Source of the DNA: Candidatus Altimarinota bacterium
GTDB lineage: Bacteria; Patescibacteriota; Gracilibacteria; UBA1369
NCBI GenBank assembly: GCA_963677745.1
Contig: OY782391.1
Coordinates: 928,001-992,000, forward strand
Length of the DNA: 64,000 bases
Direction: 5' to 3'
The notes under the pieces are model-generated. The model was not told the DNA's origin and made no database searches. It saw nothing but the letters and a program-made list of their open reading frames with translations. Positions within the stretch are counted from its first letter, which is position 1, and every line of letters begins with the position of its first letter. The translations under genes were made by a program, and so were the position numbers. Below are positions 45,639-56,042 of the stretch, piece after piece.

Positions 45639-46793
45639 TCAAAGATGTTTCGCTTTTCCGTCTGCCACTTCAACAAAGTCTCCCGGGAGGAGTTTTTCCT
45701 GATTGATGACAGCGGAATCTTTGGTGGTGGCAATAAATGTCTGATAATTAACTACTCTTTCCAACAGAAAATGCTGTCTTTCATGATCAAGTTCGGAAAA
45801 CACATCATCCAGGAGCAATATCGGCTGCAGCCCGTCTTCGTTAAAGTAATCCATTTCAATCAGCTTCAGGGCCAGTAAAATTGTCCTGAATTCCCCGCGT
45901 GACGCATGGCGCAGAATCGGAATTCCTTCCAGGCTGATCTCCATATCGTCCCGGTGCGGACCTATCTGGGTGTGGCCGGAGGCAATGTCCCTCTGCCGGG
46001 ATTTCCATAATTCCTCGCTAAAGATTTCTTCCAGATTGCCGGTAACGGACAGCATGGGAAAATCCAGTCCCAAACTGTTCAGATAGCGGATATTCAGCCG
46101 GCATTTTTTCTTGCTTATTTCTGCGTATTTCCCATTCAATTTTTCATCGATGAAGGCCAGCGCCGCCGCTCTTTCCTTCCAGACCAGCGCGCCCTCCCGT
46201 ACCAATTGCTCATCCCAAATGTCCAAATCTTCTTCGCCGGCCCGGCGTTCCTGAATGGCTGTCAGAAGAGCGTTCCGCTGCTCGCGGATTTTGCGGAATT
46301 TGCGCAATGCGGCAAAATAGGGCCGGCTTTTTTGGATTATCAGAATATCCAGGTAACGGCGGCGCAGGTCGGGGCCCAGATAAAGCACATTGAGGTCTTC
46401 CGGATGAAAAAACACCACCCTGATCTGTCCCACAAAGCTGGTGGCCGGGGTTTTGACACCGTTGACCTTGAACAGGCGGCGCGGATGAGGCGCTTTACCC
46501 AGAAAAATTTCCAGTTCCTGCGCGCCGCCGGCCATGCCGCCGCTACCATCGCCGCCTTGCCCGTTACTGAAATTACCCTTGATCCTGCCGAATTCCTCCT
46601 GCCAGAGGATCAGGTTTTCCTCGTCGGCCTGCCGGAACGACTTGGCTAAAGCCAGCATATAGACGGCCTCCAGTATATTGGTTTTGCCCTGGCCGTTGTC
46701 GCCGATCAGGTAAGTAAGCCCGGCCGGCTTGTCAAAAGCCAGCTTTTGAGAGCGGTAATTGCGGAAATTTTCCAGTGTCAGTGACTTGAGCAT
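45639..46793 (-). CDS. recF: DNA replication/repair protein RecF
   Basis: NFRNY, GDNGQGKTN, GPHRDD, SRGE, LLLDDVFSELD; start corrected to 46793. Confidence 0.96.
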   Translation of the reverse strand: MLKSLTLENFRNYRSQKLAFDKPAGLTYLIGDNGQGKTNILEAVYMLALAKSFRQADEENLILWQEEFGRIKGNFSNGQGGDGSGGMAGGAQELEIFLGKAPHPRRLFKVNGVKTPATSFVGQIRVVFFHPEDLNVLYLGPDLRRRYLDILIIQKSRPYFAALRKFRKIREQRNALLTAIQERRAGEEDLDIWDEQLVREGALVWKERAAALAFIDEKLNGKYAEISKKKCRLNIRYLNSLGLDFPMLSVTGNLEEIFSEELWKSRQRDIASGHTQIGPHRDDMEISLEGIPILRHASRGEFRTILLALKLIEMDYFNEDGLQPILLLDDVFSELDHERQHFLLERVVNYQTFIATTKDSAVINQEKLLPGDFVEVADGKAKHL

Positions 46794-46951
46794 AACCGGC
46801 AACAAATTATAGCCAGAGCATACCTCAAACCGGGTACGGCCAGCAACACCCCATCCGGTTGTTAAAATCCCCCAAAAATGGTACAATGAAAGGATTCCAA
46901 AGCATGTCAAACCGGCATTCTGAATCCGTGTCCCCACTCCCTAAACTTATT

Positions 46952-47791
46952 ATGAGCAGCCACAATATCACCTATATCGCCTTGGCAGGCCTTCTGGCTC
47001 TGGTACCAGCCCTTTTCTGGGGGGTGATCTTTTATAAGAAACAGCCGGAAAATAAAGTTACTACATTGCGGTTGTTCGTCGGCGGTGCGATTTCGGTAGC
47101 CCCGTTGTTGCTCTACAAGTATCTCTGGCAGTATTTCCCCTGGATTAATGCCTTCCTCTATACCAATACTTTCCAGGACGACATGATCGGCTTTGCCAAC
47201 CTCAAGTTGTTGCCCTTGGATGTGCTTTTTACCTTTATGATTGTCGGAGTGATTGAAGAGATTGCCAAATTAAGCGCTGTCAGAATGACCGACCACAAAA
47301 AAATCGACTCGATTACTGACTGCATCGAATATTTTATAATCGTAGCTCTGGGGTTCGCCTTTGCGGAAAATATCATCTATTTCTACAACATTATCCAGGT
47401 GCGCGGCATGGACAGCGTTTTCCTGCCCTTTATCTTCCGGTCCCTTTTTTCCACTTTTGCCCATGTCATGTTTTCGGGAATTTTCGGCTATTATTACGGC
47501 CTGGCCAAATTTGCCGGACCGGTACTGGAAGAAAGTTACAATCGCGACAAATGGCCGGTGTTACGCTATCTGGTGGCCTTGTTGCATTTGCGCCGCACCA
47601 AAACCTTTCATGATCAGAAAATCTTTCAGGGGCTGCTAATCGCCGTGGTATTGCATGCCTTTTTCAATATATTTTTGGAAATGAACTGGACCTTTTTAAT
47701 TGTCCCGTTCCTGACTGTCGGCTTCATTCTACTCTCCTATATGTTCGATAACCGCCGCATGGAAAAACATTATCAGGAGATAGAAGAATAA
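46952..47791 (+). CDS. PrsW-family intramembrane metalloprotease
   Basis: EEIAK, GFAFAEN, AHVMFSG, LHAFFN. Confidence 0.9.
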   Translation: MSSHNITYIALAGLLALVPALFWGVIFYKKQPENKVTTLRLFVGGAISVAPLLLYKYLWQYFPWINAFLYTNTFQDDMIGFANLKLLPLDVLFTFMIVGVIEEIAKLSAVRMTDHKKIDSITDCIEYFIIVALGFAFAENIIYFYNIIQVRGMDSVFLPFIFRSLFSTFAHVMFSGIFGYYYGLAKFAGPVLEESYNRDKWPVLRYLVALLHLRRTKTFHDQKIFQGLLIAVVLHAFFNIFLEMNWTFLIVPFLTVGFILLSYMFDNRRMEKHYQEIEE

Positions 47792-47806
47792 GTTTCCCCC
47801 AAATTA

Positions 47807-47835
47807 TTGATATTAATTCAGTTGAGTGGTATTCT
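47807..47835 (+). promoter_or_regulatory. sigma70-like promoter of uvrA
   Basis: TTGATA-17 nt-TATTCT. Confidence 0.5.
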
Positions 47836-47943
47836 AATTGCCGCTTAAGTTTCAGTAAAAGATCAATCCGATTGCAGCCCGGCGCTGAAGAAAGCGCTTG
47901 TTAACATTAATATTCGTATTTACGGTAATTCATCCATCTGTCC

Positions 47944-50844
47944 ATGCAAAACGATAAAATAATTATCAGGGGGGCCAAAATCCACAATCTCAAGAACATC
48001 AACGTGGAAATCCCCAAAAACAAACTTACTGTCATTACCGGTCTTTCCGGTTCCGGTAAGTCCTCCCTGGCCTTCGATACCATTTATGCCGAAGGCCAGC
48101 GCCGCTATGTGGAAAGTCTCTCCACTTATGCCCGCCAGTTCTTACAGCTGATGGAAAAACCGGATGTGGAATCCATTGAAGGATTGAGCCCGGCCATTTC
48201 CATCGATCAAAAATCCGCTCCCCGCAACCCCCGCTCCACGGTGGGTACGGTTACTGAAATTTATGATTATCTGCGCCTGATGTTCGCCAAAGTCGGTACT
48301 CCTTATGATCCTGTTACCGGTGAGCCGCTGACCCGTCAGTCCGCCTCCGAAATCGTAGAAATAATTTCCCAGATGCCGGAAGGAAAAAAGATTATTCTGC
48401 TCGCACCGGTTATCAATCAGAAAAAAGGTTCGCATCTGAAGGTTTTTGAGAAAATCAAAAAGGACGGTTTTGTGCGCGTGCGGGTGGACGGAGAGGTTAT
48501 GACCGTGGTGGACGTACCCGAATTGGCAGAGAACAAAAAGCACAATATAGAAATAGTGGTTGACCGTCTGGTGGTCAAAAATTTCCGCAAACTCTATAAG
48601 ACCATGTCCAACGGCGATCAGCTGGAAATCTCCAATCCCGACCGCAGCCGCCTGGCGGATTCCGTCGAGCTCTGTTTGAAACAGGGTAACGGCCAGATGA
48701 TGGTCGTCGATCATGACAGCAAAGAAGAACAGATCTTTTCCGAACAATATGCCTCGGCCGATTCCGGCATCAACATCCCGGAAATCACCCCCAGCCTCTT
48801 TTCCTTTAATTCTCCTCAGGGAGCCTGCGAATACTGCCACGGCCTCGGCACGCGCCTGGAGATCAACCCGAAACTGGTTATCCCCAATCCCAATCTGACA
48901 CTGGCCGAAGGCGCCATCATGCCCTGGTCGGCCACCACCAGCCATCTGACCTGGTATAACCGCATTTTGGAAACCGTGGCCGACCAGCTGGGTTTTTCCA
49001 TGTCCACGCCTATCAAAAAACTTACGCCGGAACAGTTGAATACCATCCTTTATGGCACCGGTGAACGTAAATATAAGATCCGGGTTGGTCAGCAAAAAAA
49101 CACCGAAGAAGGAGCCGGTTTCAACGGAGAATATCAGACCCGTTTTGAAGGAGTTATCCCCAATCTGGAACGGCGCTATCATGAAACCGATTCCGATTAT
49201 ATCCGCCGCAAGATCGAAAAATACATGCAGGTGTTGATCTGTCCCAAATGCCAGGGAAACCGTCTTAAAAGCGAAGTTCTGGCTATTAAAATTGACGGGA
49301 AATCAATCATCGAGGTCACCCGTTTATCCGTGAAGCAGTCGGTACATTATTTCCAAAACCTGACACTCACTAAATATCAGCAGGAGATAGCCCGGCCTAT
49401 CATTAAAGAAATATTAAACCGGTTGCAGTTTCTGGAGAATGTCGGACTGAATTACCTGACTCTGGACCGTTCCGCCAATACCCTGTCCGGAGGGGAAGCT
49501 CAGCGCATCCGTCTGGCCACCCAAATCGGTTCCAAGCTCTCGGGAGTGATTTACGTGCTGGACGAACCTTCCATCGGCCTGCATCAAAATGATAACGCCA
49601 AACTGATCAATACGCTGATATCTCTGCGTGACCTGGGCAACACGGTGGTGGTGGTGGAACATGATACCGATACCATGCTGTCCTCCGACCACATTTTGGA
49701 TATTGGCCCCGGTGCCGGGAAAAACGGCGGTTATGTGGTGGCGGAGGGGACTCCTGATGAAATTATGAAAAATCCCGCTTCACTTACCGGAAAATATCTC
49801 AGTGGTCTGGAGAAAATTGCCATTCCTAAATTCCGCCGTCCGGGCAACGGCAGCTGGCTGAAAATAATCGGGGCCACCCACCATAATCTGAAAAATATCA
49901 CTGTGGAGCTGCCTCTGGGCACTTTTATTGCCATTACCGGCGTGTCGGGTTCGGGCAAATCCACCCTGATCAACGACATTCTGGTCAAGGAATTATCCAA
50001 GACCATTTACGGTTCCAGAACCAGCTCCGGCGCCCATGAGGCCATTACCGGCCTGGAATATCTGGACAAAATTATCAATATTGACCAGTCTCCGATTGGC
50101 CGTACGCCGCGCTCCAATCCCGCTACATATACCGGTGTCTTTACCGACATCCGCGATATGTTCGCGGCCAGTCCCGAAGCTAAATTGCGCGGCTATAAGT
50201 CGGGCCGCTTCAGTTTCAATGTCAAGGGCGGTCGCTGTGAAGCCTGCCAGGGCGACGGTATCAAGAAAATAGAAATGCATTTCCTGCCCGATATTTATGT
50301 TCAATGTGAAGTATGTAACGGCAAGCGTTATAACGCCGAGACTCTGGAAGTGACCTATAGGGGCAAGAGTATCGCCGATGTTCTGGCTATGTCGGTGGAA
50401 GAGGCAATGGAGTTCTTTGATGCCATTCCCAATATTAAAACCAAGCTGGAAACTCTTCATCTGGTCGGTCTTTCTTATATTAAACTTGGCCAGCAGGCCA
50501 CAACACTCTCCGGAGGCGAGGCTCAGCGTATCAAGTTATCCACCGAGCTGTCCCGCAAATCCACCGGACAAACTTTTTACGTTCTGGACGAACCGACCAC
50601 CGGTTTGCATTTTGCCGATGTTAAAAAACTGCTGGAAGTACTGCAGAAATTGGTGGAGAAGGGGAATACCGTTCTCTGCATCGAACATAATCTGGATGTT
50701 ATCAAATCCGTGGATCACGTCATTGATCTTGGGCCCGAGGGGGGAGATATGGGCGGAAAAGTTATTGCCACAGGCACGCCGGAGGAAGTCAGCCGGGTCA
50801 AAGAGTCATATACGGCGATTTGGCTGGAAAAAGTATTAAAATGA
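47944..50844 (+). CDS. uvrA: Excinuclease ABC subunit A
   Basis: Two ABC ATPase modules ([24 protein letters not shown] twice) and zinc fingers. Confidence 0.98.
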   Translation: MQNDKIIIRGAKIHNLKNINVEIPKNKLTVITGLSGSGKSSLAFDTIYAEGQRRYVESLSTYARQFLQLMEKPDVESIEGLSPAISIDQKSAPRNPRSTVGTVTEIYDYLRLMFAKVGTPYDPVTGEPLTRQSASEIVEIISQMPEGKKIILLAPVINQKKGSHLKVFEKIKKDGFVRVRVDGEVMTVVDVPELAENKKHNIEIVVDRLVVKNFRKLYKTMSNGDQLEISNPDRSRLADSVELCLKQGNGQMMVVDHDSKEEQIFSEQYASADSGINIPEITPSLFSFNSPQGACEYCHGLGTRLEINPKLVIPNPNLTLAEGAIMPWSATTSHLTWYNRILETVADQLGFSMSTPIKKLTPEQLNTILYGTGERKYKIRVGQQKNTEEGAGFNGEYQTRFEGVIPNLERRYHETDSDYIRRKIEKYMQVLICPKCQGNRLKSEVLAIKIDGKSIIEVTRLSVKQSVHYFQNLTLTKYQQEIARPIIKEILNRLQFLENVGLNYLTLDRSANTLSGGEAQRIRLATQIGSKLSGVIYVLDEPSIGLHQNDNAKLINTLISLRDLGNTVVVVEHDTDTMLSSDHILDIGPGAGKNGGYVVAEGTPDEIMKNPASLTGKYLSGLEKIAIPKFRRPGNGSWLKIIGATHHNLKNITVELPLGTFIAITGVSGSGKSTLINDILVKELSKTIYGSRTSSGAHEAITGLEYLDKIINIDQSPIGRTPRSNPATYTGVFTDIRDMFAASPEAKLRGYKSGRFSFNVKGGRCEACQGDGIKKIEMHFLPDIYVQCEVCNGKRYNAETLEVTYRGKSIADVLAMSVEEAMEFFDAIPNIKTKLETLHLVGLSYIKLGQQATTLSGGEAQRIKLSTELSRKSTGQTFYVLDEPTTGLHFADVKKLLEVLQKLVEKGNTVLCIEHNLDVIKSVDHVIDLGPEGGDMGGKVIATGTPEEVSRVKESYTAIWLEKVLK

Positions 50845-50934
50845 TTTTCAATTAGACTTTCCAGGGGATGATTTAATCTGGCCCATCTTATTGACGATGG
50901 GTGGATTTGTTGTACCACCTATTAAAGGTGCTTT

Positions 50935-51200
50935 AAAAGAATTGTGTAAAGTTTAATAAAATTGGGTAAAATATGGTAGAGTGTGGACTGTGGGTAGCGT
51001 CGAAAACAGTCAAAAAGGCTTCAAAGGGGGCAAATAATGTTAAAAAACTGTGCAAAAGTTGTAGAAAAACTGTGTAAAGTTTAATAAAGTTAGCTGAAAG
51101 TCGAAAAATCTATTGAAAACAGATAAGTCTTATGTAAAATACAGTACAGATAAATAAACATGGCTGTATAGATTGATGAACGTTAAAAATACTGCTAAAA
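50935..51200. other. Candidate replication origin (DnaA-box-like array, AT-rich)
   Basis: Co-oriented matches to TTWTNCACA on the minus strand: 51049 (perfect) and 50943, 50963, 51038, 51060, 51071 (one mismatch each). Confidence 0.55.
50943..51088. repeat. 18-bp direct repeat TGTGTAAAGTTTAATAAA
   Basis: Identical copies at 50943-50960 and 51071-51088. Confidence 0.85.
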
Positions 51201-51229
51201 TTTAGTTAATAGGTAAAACAATTAACTAA

Positions 51230-51628
51230 ATGCAGGAAAGAATACTTACTCCAGAGCAAGTTGCCCAAATTTTGCAGGTACATCCGTACACGGTGCTAAA
51301 ATTTATAAAACAGGGCAAACTACAGGCTAGCAAACTAGGGCGTGTCTACAGAATCCGGGAAAGCGCATTGGAAAGCTTCCTTGATCAAACTTCGGGAAAA
51401 GCTGCCAAAGTGGAGGAAAGTACAACAAATGATTATAAGAAAAGCAAAAACAAAAACAAATTTCCCCAAAATATATTGGTTGAGCCTGCCGTAACCGTTG
51501 ATCCGTCCAAGGATAACAAAAACAAAGTAAAATCACCTGAAATTACCATAAGTAGGGTAGAGACGATTGAACCTTCGGACGGAGCGGAAAAAAGTGGCGG
51601 CGAAGACGAATACTACATACTTCAATAA
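51230..51628 (+). CDS. Excisionase-like (HTH_17) DNA-binding protein with disordered tail
   Basis: LTPEQVAQILQVHPYTVLKFIKQGKLQASKLGRVYRI. Confidence 0.88.
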   Translation: MQERILTPEQVAQILQVHPYTVLKFIKQGKLQASKLGRVYRIRESALESFLDQTSGKAAKVEESTTNDYKKSKNKNKFPQNILVEPAVTVDPSKDNKNKVKSPEITISRVETIEPSDGAEKSGGEDEYYILQ

Positions 51629-51641
51629 AAAATAAAGATAG

Positions 51642-51821
51642 ATGATCTTTAATTGCCTAAACTGCGGAGTTTCCATCTCCTCCCGCCACGAGCACTGTCC
51701 CCATTGTAAAATCAGCAATCTGGAGGCATTGGATCACCTGACCGGAAAAAGCAAAAAGAAAGAATACCTTGCCTGGAAAGAACGTGTAAAAGGATCAATT
51801 CTGACCATGGTCGCCCGGTAA
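51642..51821 (+). CDS. Small zinc-ribbon protein (59 aa)
   Basis: Hand-translated: MIFNCLNCGVSISSRHEHCPHCKISNLEALDHLTGKSKKKEYLAWKERVKGSILTMVAR; two CxxC motifs; 13 nt after the HTH gene. Confidence 0.7.
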   Translation: MIFNCLNCGVSISSRHEHCPHCKISNLEALDHLTGKSKKKEYLAWKERVKGSILTMVAR

Positions 51822-51865
51822 AACGGTCACTTAACATACTTTTAACTTCCGCCCTAGAATACCTC

Positions 51866-51890
51866 AAAAGCCCCCGCGCAGCGGGGGCTT
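51866..51890 (-). terminator. Rho-independent terminator (possibly bidirectional)
   Basis: AAGCCCCCGC-GCA-GCGGGGGCTT between convergent operons. Confidence 0.75.
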
Positions 51891-51958
51891 GGTATTTTTT
51901 ATTTTGAAAAAGAGTCCTTATAGTAAAACGGGTCTTTGTCGTACGGAGCGGCCGGAAA

Positions 51959-53155
51959 TTATTTGGCGGCCGGCGCAGGTTTATTGCTGCATTGCTTGCC
52001 GAGAATATTGGCTGTGCATTTTTCCACTCTGGTCAGCGGAGTAAAGGTATCTTTGATAATTGTCTGGAGATCGTCCAGATTGGATTTTAGTTTATCCAGT
52101 CCCAAGCCCTGCACCTGGCGATATTTCAGATCATAGTTTGTTACATATTCCAGATCCAGTTCGCTGGTTCTGTCCCGGTCCTGAATCGTGTTCATATCCG
52201 CCGAGACCGATTGAAAGGTAATTGCCGGAAGTGCCGCTTTGCCCTCGCCATAAGAAAATGGAGCGTTTTCTTTGGCGGTATTGCTGATGCTTTCCCAGAC
52301 AGTTGCTTCCTGTGCGGGCTCCGCATTGACTCTGAGGTCGACCACTCTGTTGAAAAAATCTCCCAGTCCTTTTGAGCTGAAAACGGTGGCCAGTCCCGGA
52401 TTTTCCTTGACTCTCGTTTTCATTGCACTCCATCGTTTACTGGCTTTTTCGGCAAATCTTTTACCAAGGTTGTTGATGGTATCAATTGTGCTGCCGAAAT
52501 TATTGATTCTGTCCATCAGCTGTTCCAGGTTTGGATCGGTGCAGTTTCTGTAGCTTTCGATTTTACTTTCATATTTCTGAAAAAGTTTTTCAAACACCGT
52601 AGCAGCCTGTTGTTGGTCGAAATAGGCCATTTTATTGACAAACAAGTCCATGAATTTGGCTCTGACGTCATTTTTCCTTGCTACCTTCTGTTTCTTTTCC
52701 TCTTCTCCGTTTTTGGGATTGGCCGAAGGTGCGGTGTCGACAAAATGCCGCAAATAGTAAAGTTCAGCCGATAATTCATAATACTGAGCGGAGACCGTGG
52801 TGGTGGTCTTGTTGTCACAGACATAGAAAGCCTGACGGATCTGTTTACGCGCCTTGTCGATCCGGTTGAGCAGACTGTCGATGTCCATAAAACGGCAATA
52901 ATTTGTACTGTAACGGCTGTACCCGACGCCGGGAATGTCCAAAATGTCAGTCCAGTAATCCAGGAACCCTTCGCCATCAAAATCCAAACCGTTGGTCAGG
53001 AAATTGCTGAAATCCCGTTTGCAGAATAGCTGGGTCCCGCTGCCTGCATTATTTTCCAATCCCTGCGCTCTGACCGGATCGGCGGAAGGTACCAGCATCG
53101 CCAGTGTCAGCATCAGCGTAAAGAGGGTTTCTAATTTTATGGTGATTTTATTCAT
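51959..53155 (-). CDS. Exported helical hypothetical protein (398 aa, 6 Cys)
   Basis: Signal-peptide-like N-terminus; ends ...EKCTANILGKQCS... Confidence 0.85.
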   Translation of the reverse strand: MNKITIKLETLFTLMLTLAMLVPSADPVRAQGLENNAGSGTQLFCKRDFSNFLTNGLDFDGEGFLDYWTDILDIPGVGYSRYSTNYCRFMDIDSLLNRIDKARKQIRQAFYVCDNKTTTTVSAQYYELSAELYYLRHFVDTAPSANPKNGEEEKKQKVARKNDVRAKFMDLFVNKMAYFDQQQAATVFEKLFQKYESKIESYRNCTDPNLEQLMDRINNFGSTIDTINNLGKRFAEKASKRWSAMKTRVKENPGLATVFSSKGLGDFFNRVVDLRVNAEPAQEATVWESISNTAKENAPFSYGEGKAALPAITFQSVSADMNTIQDRDRTSELDLEYVTNYDLKYRQVQGLGLDKLKSNLDDLQTIIKDTFTPLTRVEKCTANILGKQCSNKPAPAAK

Positions 53156-54999
53156 CAGGTGCAGGCTTTTTTAGTATCAAGTTTTTCACAGGCCTTGGAA
53201 GAAACCAGTCCTGGAACGTCTTCGATCAGGGTTCTAATCTGTTTCTGGAAATTTTCAAAGAAATCATTCATGGCTTTCATTTCATCTTCCAGTGCTTTCA
53301 TGGAGTCCACTTCCGCGTAGGCATCCTTGGCAATCTCCGCCACCAGCATTTCCTGTGTTTCCGCGGACTGTTCGGCGGTCAGCGCCTGGCTGGTTTTATT
53401 CATGATCTCAGCCTGGGTGGCGCCATCCGGAGCGTTATTGATAACCACTTCCAGCATTCTTTGGGCCGTAGACATGATCGGAGTTTTGTTTCCCTTATTT
53501 GTCCCTTCTTTGGCCTCCAGCTGACGGCGTTTGATTTCACTGTAATTCCAGAGGCCGTTGACCTGTGCATATTTGTCCCATTCATCTGCAATATTGCCCA
53601 TATTGATCATTTCTTCTTTGGTCGGCGTGATCATCGGCACGATTGAGATGCTCACATTCATTCCCACCGATCTCAGGGCGTCGGCAGCGGAATTTTTACA
53701 GAGGGCGCTCTCCCCGAGATTACCTGTAGCCTTAGCCGGAATCAAACTGTGACCAATGGTTTTCTGTAATCCTTCATTGATGAACTGAACATGGCACTGA
53801 ATACAATTGTCAGTTTTCTGGAAGGATGCTGTAGCGGGCTTTTTGACAAAATCCAGGGAGATGCAGACGATATCGTCACACAGGGGAGGGGCGGAATAAT
53901 CACCCGGCGTGGCCGGAGTGAGAGGGGGCGCGGCCGGCGTCGAATCGACGGGGATATTTACATCCCCGGTACCGTTTCCCGAGCCCGTGCCGCCAGCACC
54001 GGCCGCGCCCGATCCAGTCCCCGATCCGGTCTGGCCGCTTCCCGCCTGACCGGAGGATTTTTCCACAAAAGTACTTTGCAGTTTGGGATTGGTGGCGGAG
54101 TCCTGCGAAAATTTTTCCAGGGCCTGATCTATATTCTGATTGGCAAAACACTGATTGGGATTGATTCCCCCGGCGAACAAATTGCTTTTATCTTCAATTT
54201 CGGCTGCAAAAGGATTGGGAGCGGGCTTGGCAGTGCCGGCTCCGCCGGCACCTGATCCGCCTGCGCCGGGCGTTTGTCCGGATGAACTTCCACCTCCCGC
54301 CGGGCCGCTGGTATCTACGGGAATATTGGTTTCCCCGGATGCTGGGGGGTTTTCTCCTCCCGCAGGCGTATCTTCCTCGGCATTGTATTGCCCGCCAAAA
54401 GTGACCAGATCATTTTTTTGAAAAAGAATTACCTCGATATTGTCCAGGTCTTTGATCAGATCAAAACCGCCTGAATTATCAGGATCGCCGTCGGCAAACA
54501 TCTCCGCCGGTTCAATTTTGGCGTTAATGGTAGCCTGTACGTCCTGGGTGTTCTTCTTGTCGTTATAGGTGGCAATCATGCCGTTATAAATATTCACGGC
54601 ATCGTCTATCCTCATCATCGGCGATTTTTCCAGAATCGGGGTGATATCTCCCCCCAGAATCAGCGACATTCTTTCGGGAGGAATACCGTACTGGGCGGCA
54701 GTTTGCTTGATGGCTTCACCCATTGGATTGGTCTGGGTCTTATTGTAAATCATCAGATATAAATTCTGTCCGACCTCATCCGGTGTGGTCGCTCCAAAGC
54801 TTTTACCCCAATCCAGGCCTTTATTGCCCTTCTCCCTCAAAGCATATTCCAGCCTGTCCGTCACCATACAGGCGGGATCTTTCAGCACATTGCAGGACTG
54901 GTCCTGCGGGGACTCTTCATCCGCCGCCAGGCCCAGCCAGGGGTGCAGGGGGGCACTCAGGAACATCAGTAAGCCAATTGTATAAAGCATTTTTTTCAT
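53155..54999 (-). CDS. Exported hypothetical protein (614 aa, 10 Cys, two Gly-rich linkers)
   Basis: MKKMLYTIGLLMFL signal; ends KACEKLDTKKACT. Confidence 0.85.
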   Translation of the reverse strand: MKKMLYTIGLLMFLSAPLHPWLGLAADEESPQDQSCNVLKDPACMVTDRLEYALREKGNKGLDWGKSFGATTPDEVGQNLYLMIYNKTQTNPMGEAIKQTAAQYGIPPERMSLILGGDITPILEKSPMMRIDDAVNIYNGMIATYNDKKNTQDVQATINAKIEPAEMFADGDPDNSGGFDLIKDLDNIEVILFQKNDLVTFGGQYNAEEDTPAGGENPPASGETNIPVDTSGPAGGGSSSGQTPGAGGSGAGGAGTAKPAPNPFAAEIEDKSNLFAGGINPNQCFANQNIDQALEKFSQDSATNPKLQSTFVEKSSGQAGSGQTGSGTGSGAAGAGGTGSGNGTGDVNIPVDSTPAAPPLTPATPGDYSAPPLCDDIVCISLDFVKKPATASFQKTDNCIQCHVQFINEGLQKTIGHSLIPAKATGNLGESALCKNSAADALRSVGMNVSISIVPMITPTKEEMINMGNIADEWDKYAQVNGLWNYSEIKRRQLEAKEGTNKGNKTPIMSTAQRMLEVVINNAPDGATQAEIMNKTSQALTAEQSAETQEMLVAEIAKDAYAEVDSMKALEDEMKAMNDFFENFQKQIRTLIEDVPGLVSSKACEKLDTKKACT

Positions 55000-56042
55000 T
55001 AACTACATTTGGTTGTGGTGGCGTCAATAAACCGGATCGGGAAGGCATCGGTCTGTTTGCGGATTTCCACCAGGTGGTCACGGTATTTGACCAGTTCCGC
55101 AAAAGTATCCATGTACTTCACATGCATCTGCCAGGCTGAGCGCAGCTGACTGTAGGCGTCCAAAGTCTGGTCCAGAGCTGTTTTGGCGCGGGCAATTTCC
55201 TCATCGATAAATTTGATTCTGGCGGCCGTCGAATCAGCCGCATCGGTCAGAGTGAAAGTTGCGTTCGATAGAGCGCTCTTGCCAGCCGATTTCCACCATT
55301 GTATCTTGTTTATTTCATAATATAATTTGTTCTGCAGTTTGGTCTTTTTTTCCATGTCTTTCTCATCAATGACCTGTTTATTCAGCCGGCAGATGGTTTT
55401 ATCTTTCATCATGGCGGCCAACTTGGGATTGTTGCACTTATTCAGAATTGACTGGGGAGTGCTGTCATAGAGGGCGTCCCGCTTCAGATCCAGTGCCGCT
55501 TTGTAGCAGAAATAACTGTATCTCAGCTGGCTGATTCTCTTCACCCCCTCATAATCGTAATTGGCAAATTTGGTGGATGGCACTCCCAGCAGCGTTACCC
55601 CTATACAAAAGGGATGGGTAGCCGGGGAATCCGTTGTATTGACCGGATTGCAGACCGCGATGGAGCGGCAGGTCATATCATTGGTTTCTTTACCATTAGC
55701 GTTTTTGCAGAGTCCTCCGCCCCGCGTTGGATATTCTTCCAGACTGGGGGAGGGAACTTCCGCCACCAGATCCTGACCGCCTTCCGTGGCTGATTTCATG
55801 ATCTTCAGAATCTGTTCGTTGAAATAATCATTGGTTTTCTCGGTATACATATTGGCGAGGTCCGAAACGTCCATGTCATTGACCAGTCCGTCAAAACAGA
55901 ACTTCTCTACAAAACCCCGCGAATCCGTGGGAGGAGTTTGATCGTCATCGGCGCTTTTGCCCGTGGTCGCACCAACCACCATCAAGACAGCCATTGATGC
56001 CAGTAAAACCGTTGATGTGTAGAGAATTTTATTTTTCATCAA
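54999..56042 (-). CDS. Exported hypothetical protein (347 aa, 9 Cys)
   Basis: Signal-peptide-like N-terminus; helical C-terminus ending ATTTKCS. Confidence 0.85.
   Translation of the reverse strand: MMKNKILYTSTVLLASMAVLMVVGATTGKSADDDQTPPTDSRGFVEKFCFDGLVNDMDVSDLANMYTEKTNDYFNEQILKIMKSATEGGQDLVAEVPSPSLEEYPTRGGGLCKNANGKETNDMTCRSIAVCNPVNTTDSPATHPFCIGVTLLGVPSTKFANYDYEGVKRISQLRYSYFCYKAALDLKRDALYDSTPQSILNKCNNPKLAAMMKDKTICRLNKQVIDEKDMEKKTKLQNKLYYEINKIQWWKSAGKSALSNATFTLTDAADSTAARIKFIDEEIARAKTALDQTLDAYSQLRSAWQMHVKYMDTFAELVKYRDHLVEIRKQTDAFPIRFIDATTTKCS

Noticed and set aside
47821-47838. Possible LexA box at the uvrA promoter (GTTGAGTGGTATTCTAAT)
   Set aside because: Only the left half resembles GGTGAGT; the right half does not match ACTCACC.
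48142-49182. 346-aa antisense ORF
   Set aside because: Lies wholly within uvrA on the opposite strand.
50943-51088. Direct repeats as a CRISPR array
   Set aside because: Only two 18-bp copies 128 bp apart, no regular spacers and no cas genes.
51230-51628. Prophage or ICE suggested by the excisionase-like gene
   Set aside because: No integrase, att repeat or phage structural gene in the window.
51825-51834. GGTCACTTAA shared with 44468-44477
   Set aside because: A single 10-bp match could be chance in 64 kb and it is not palindromic.
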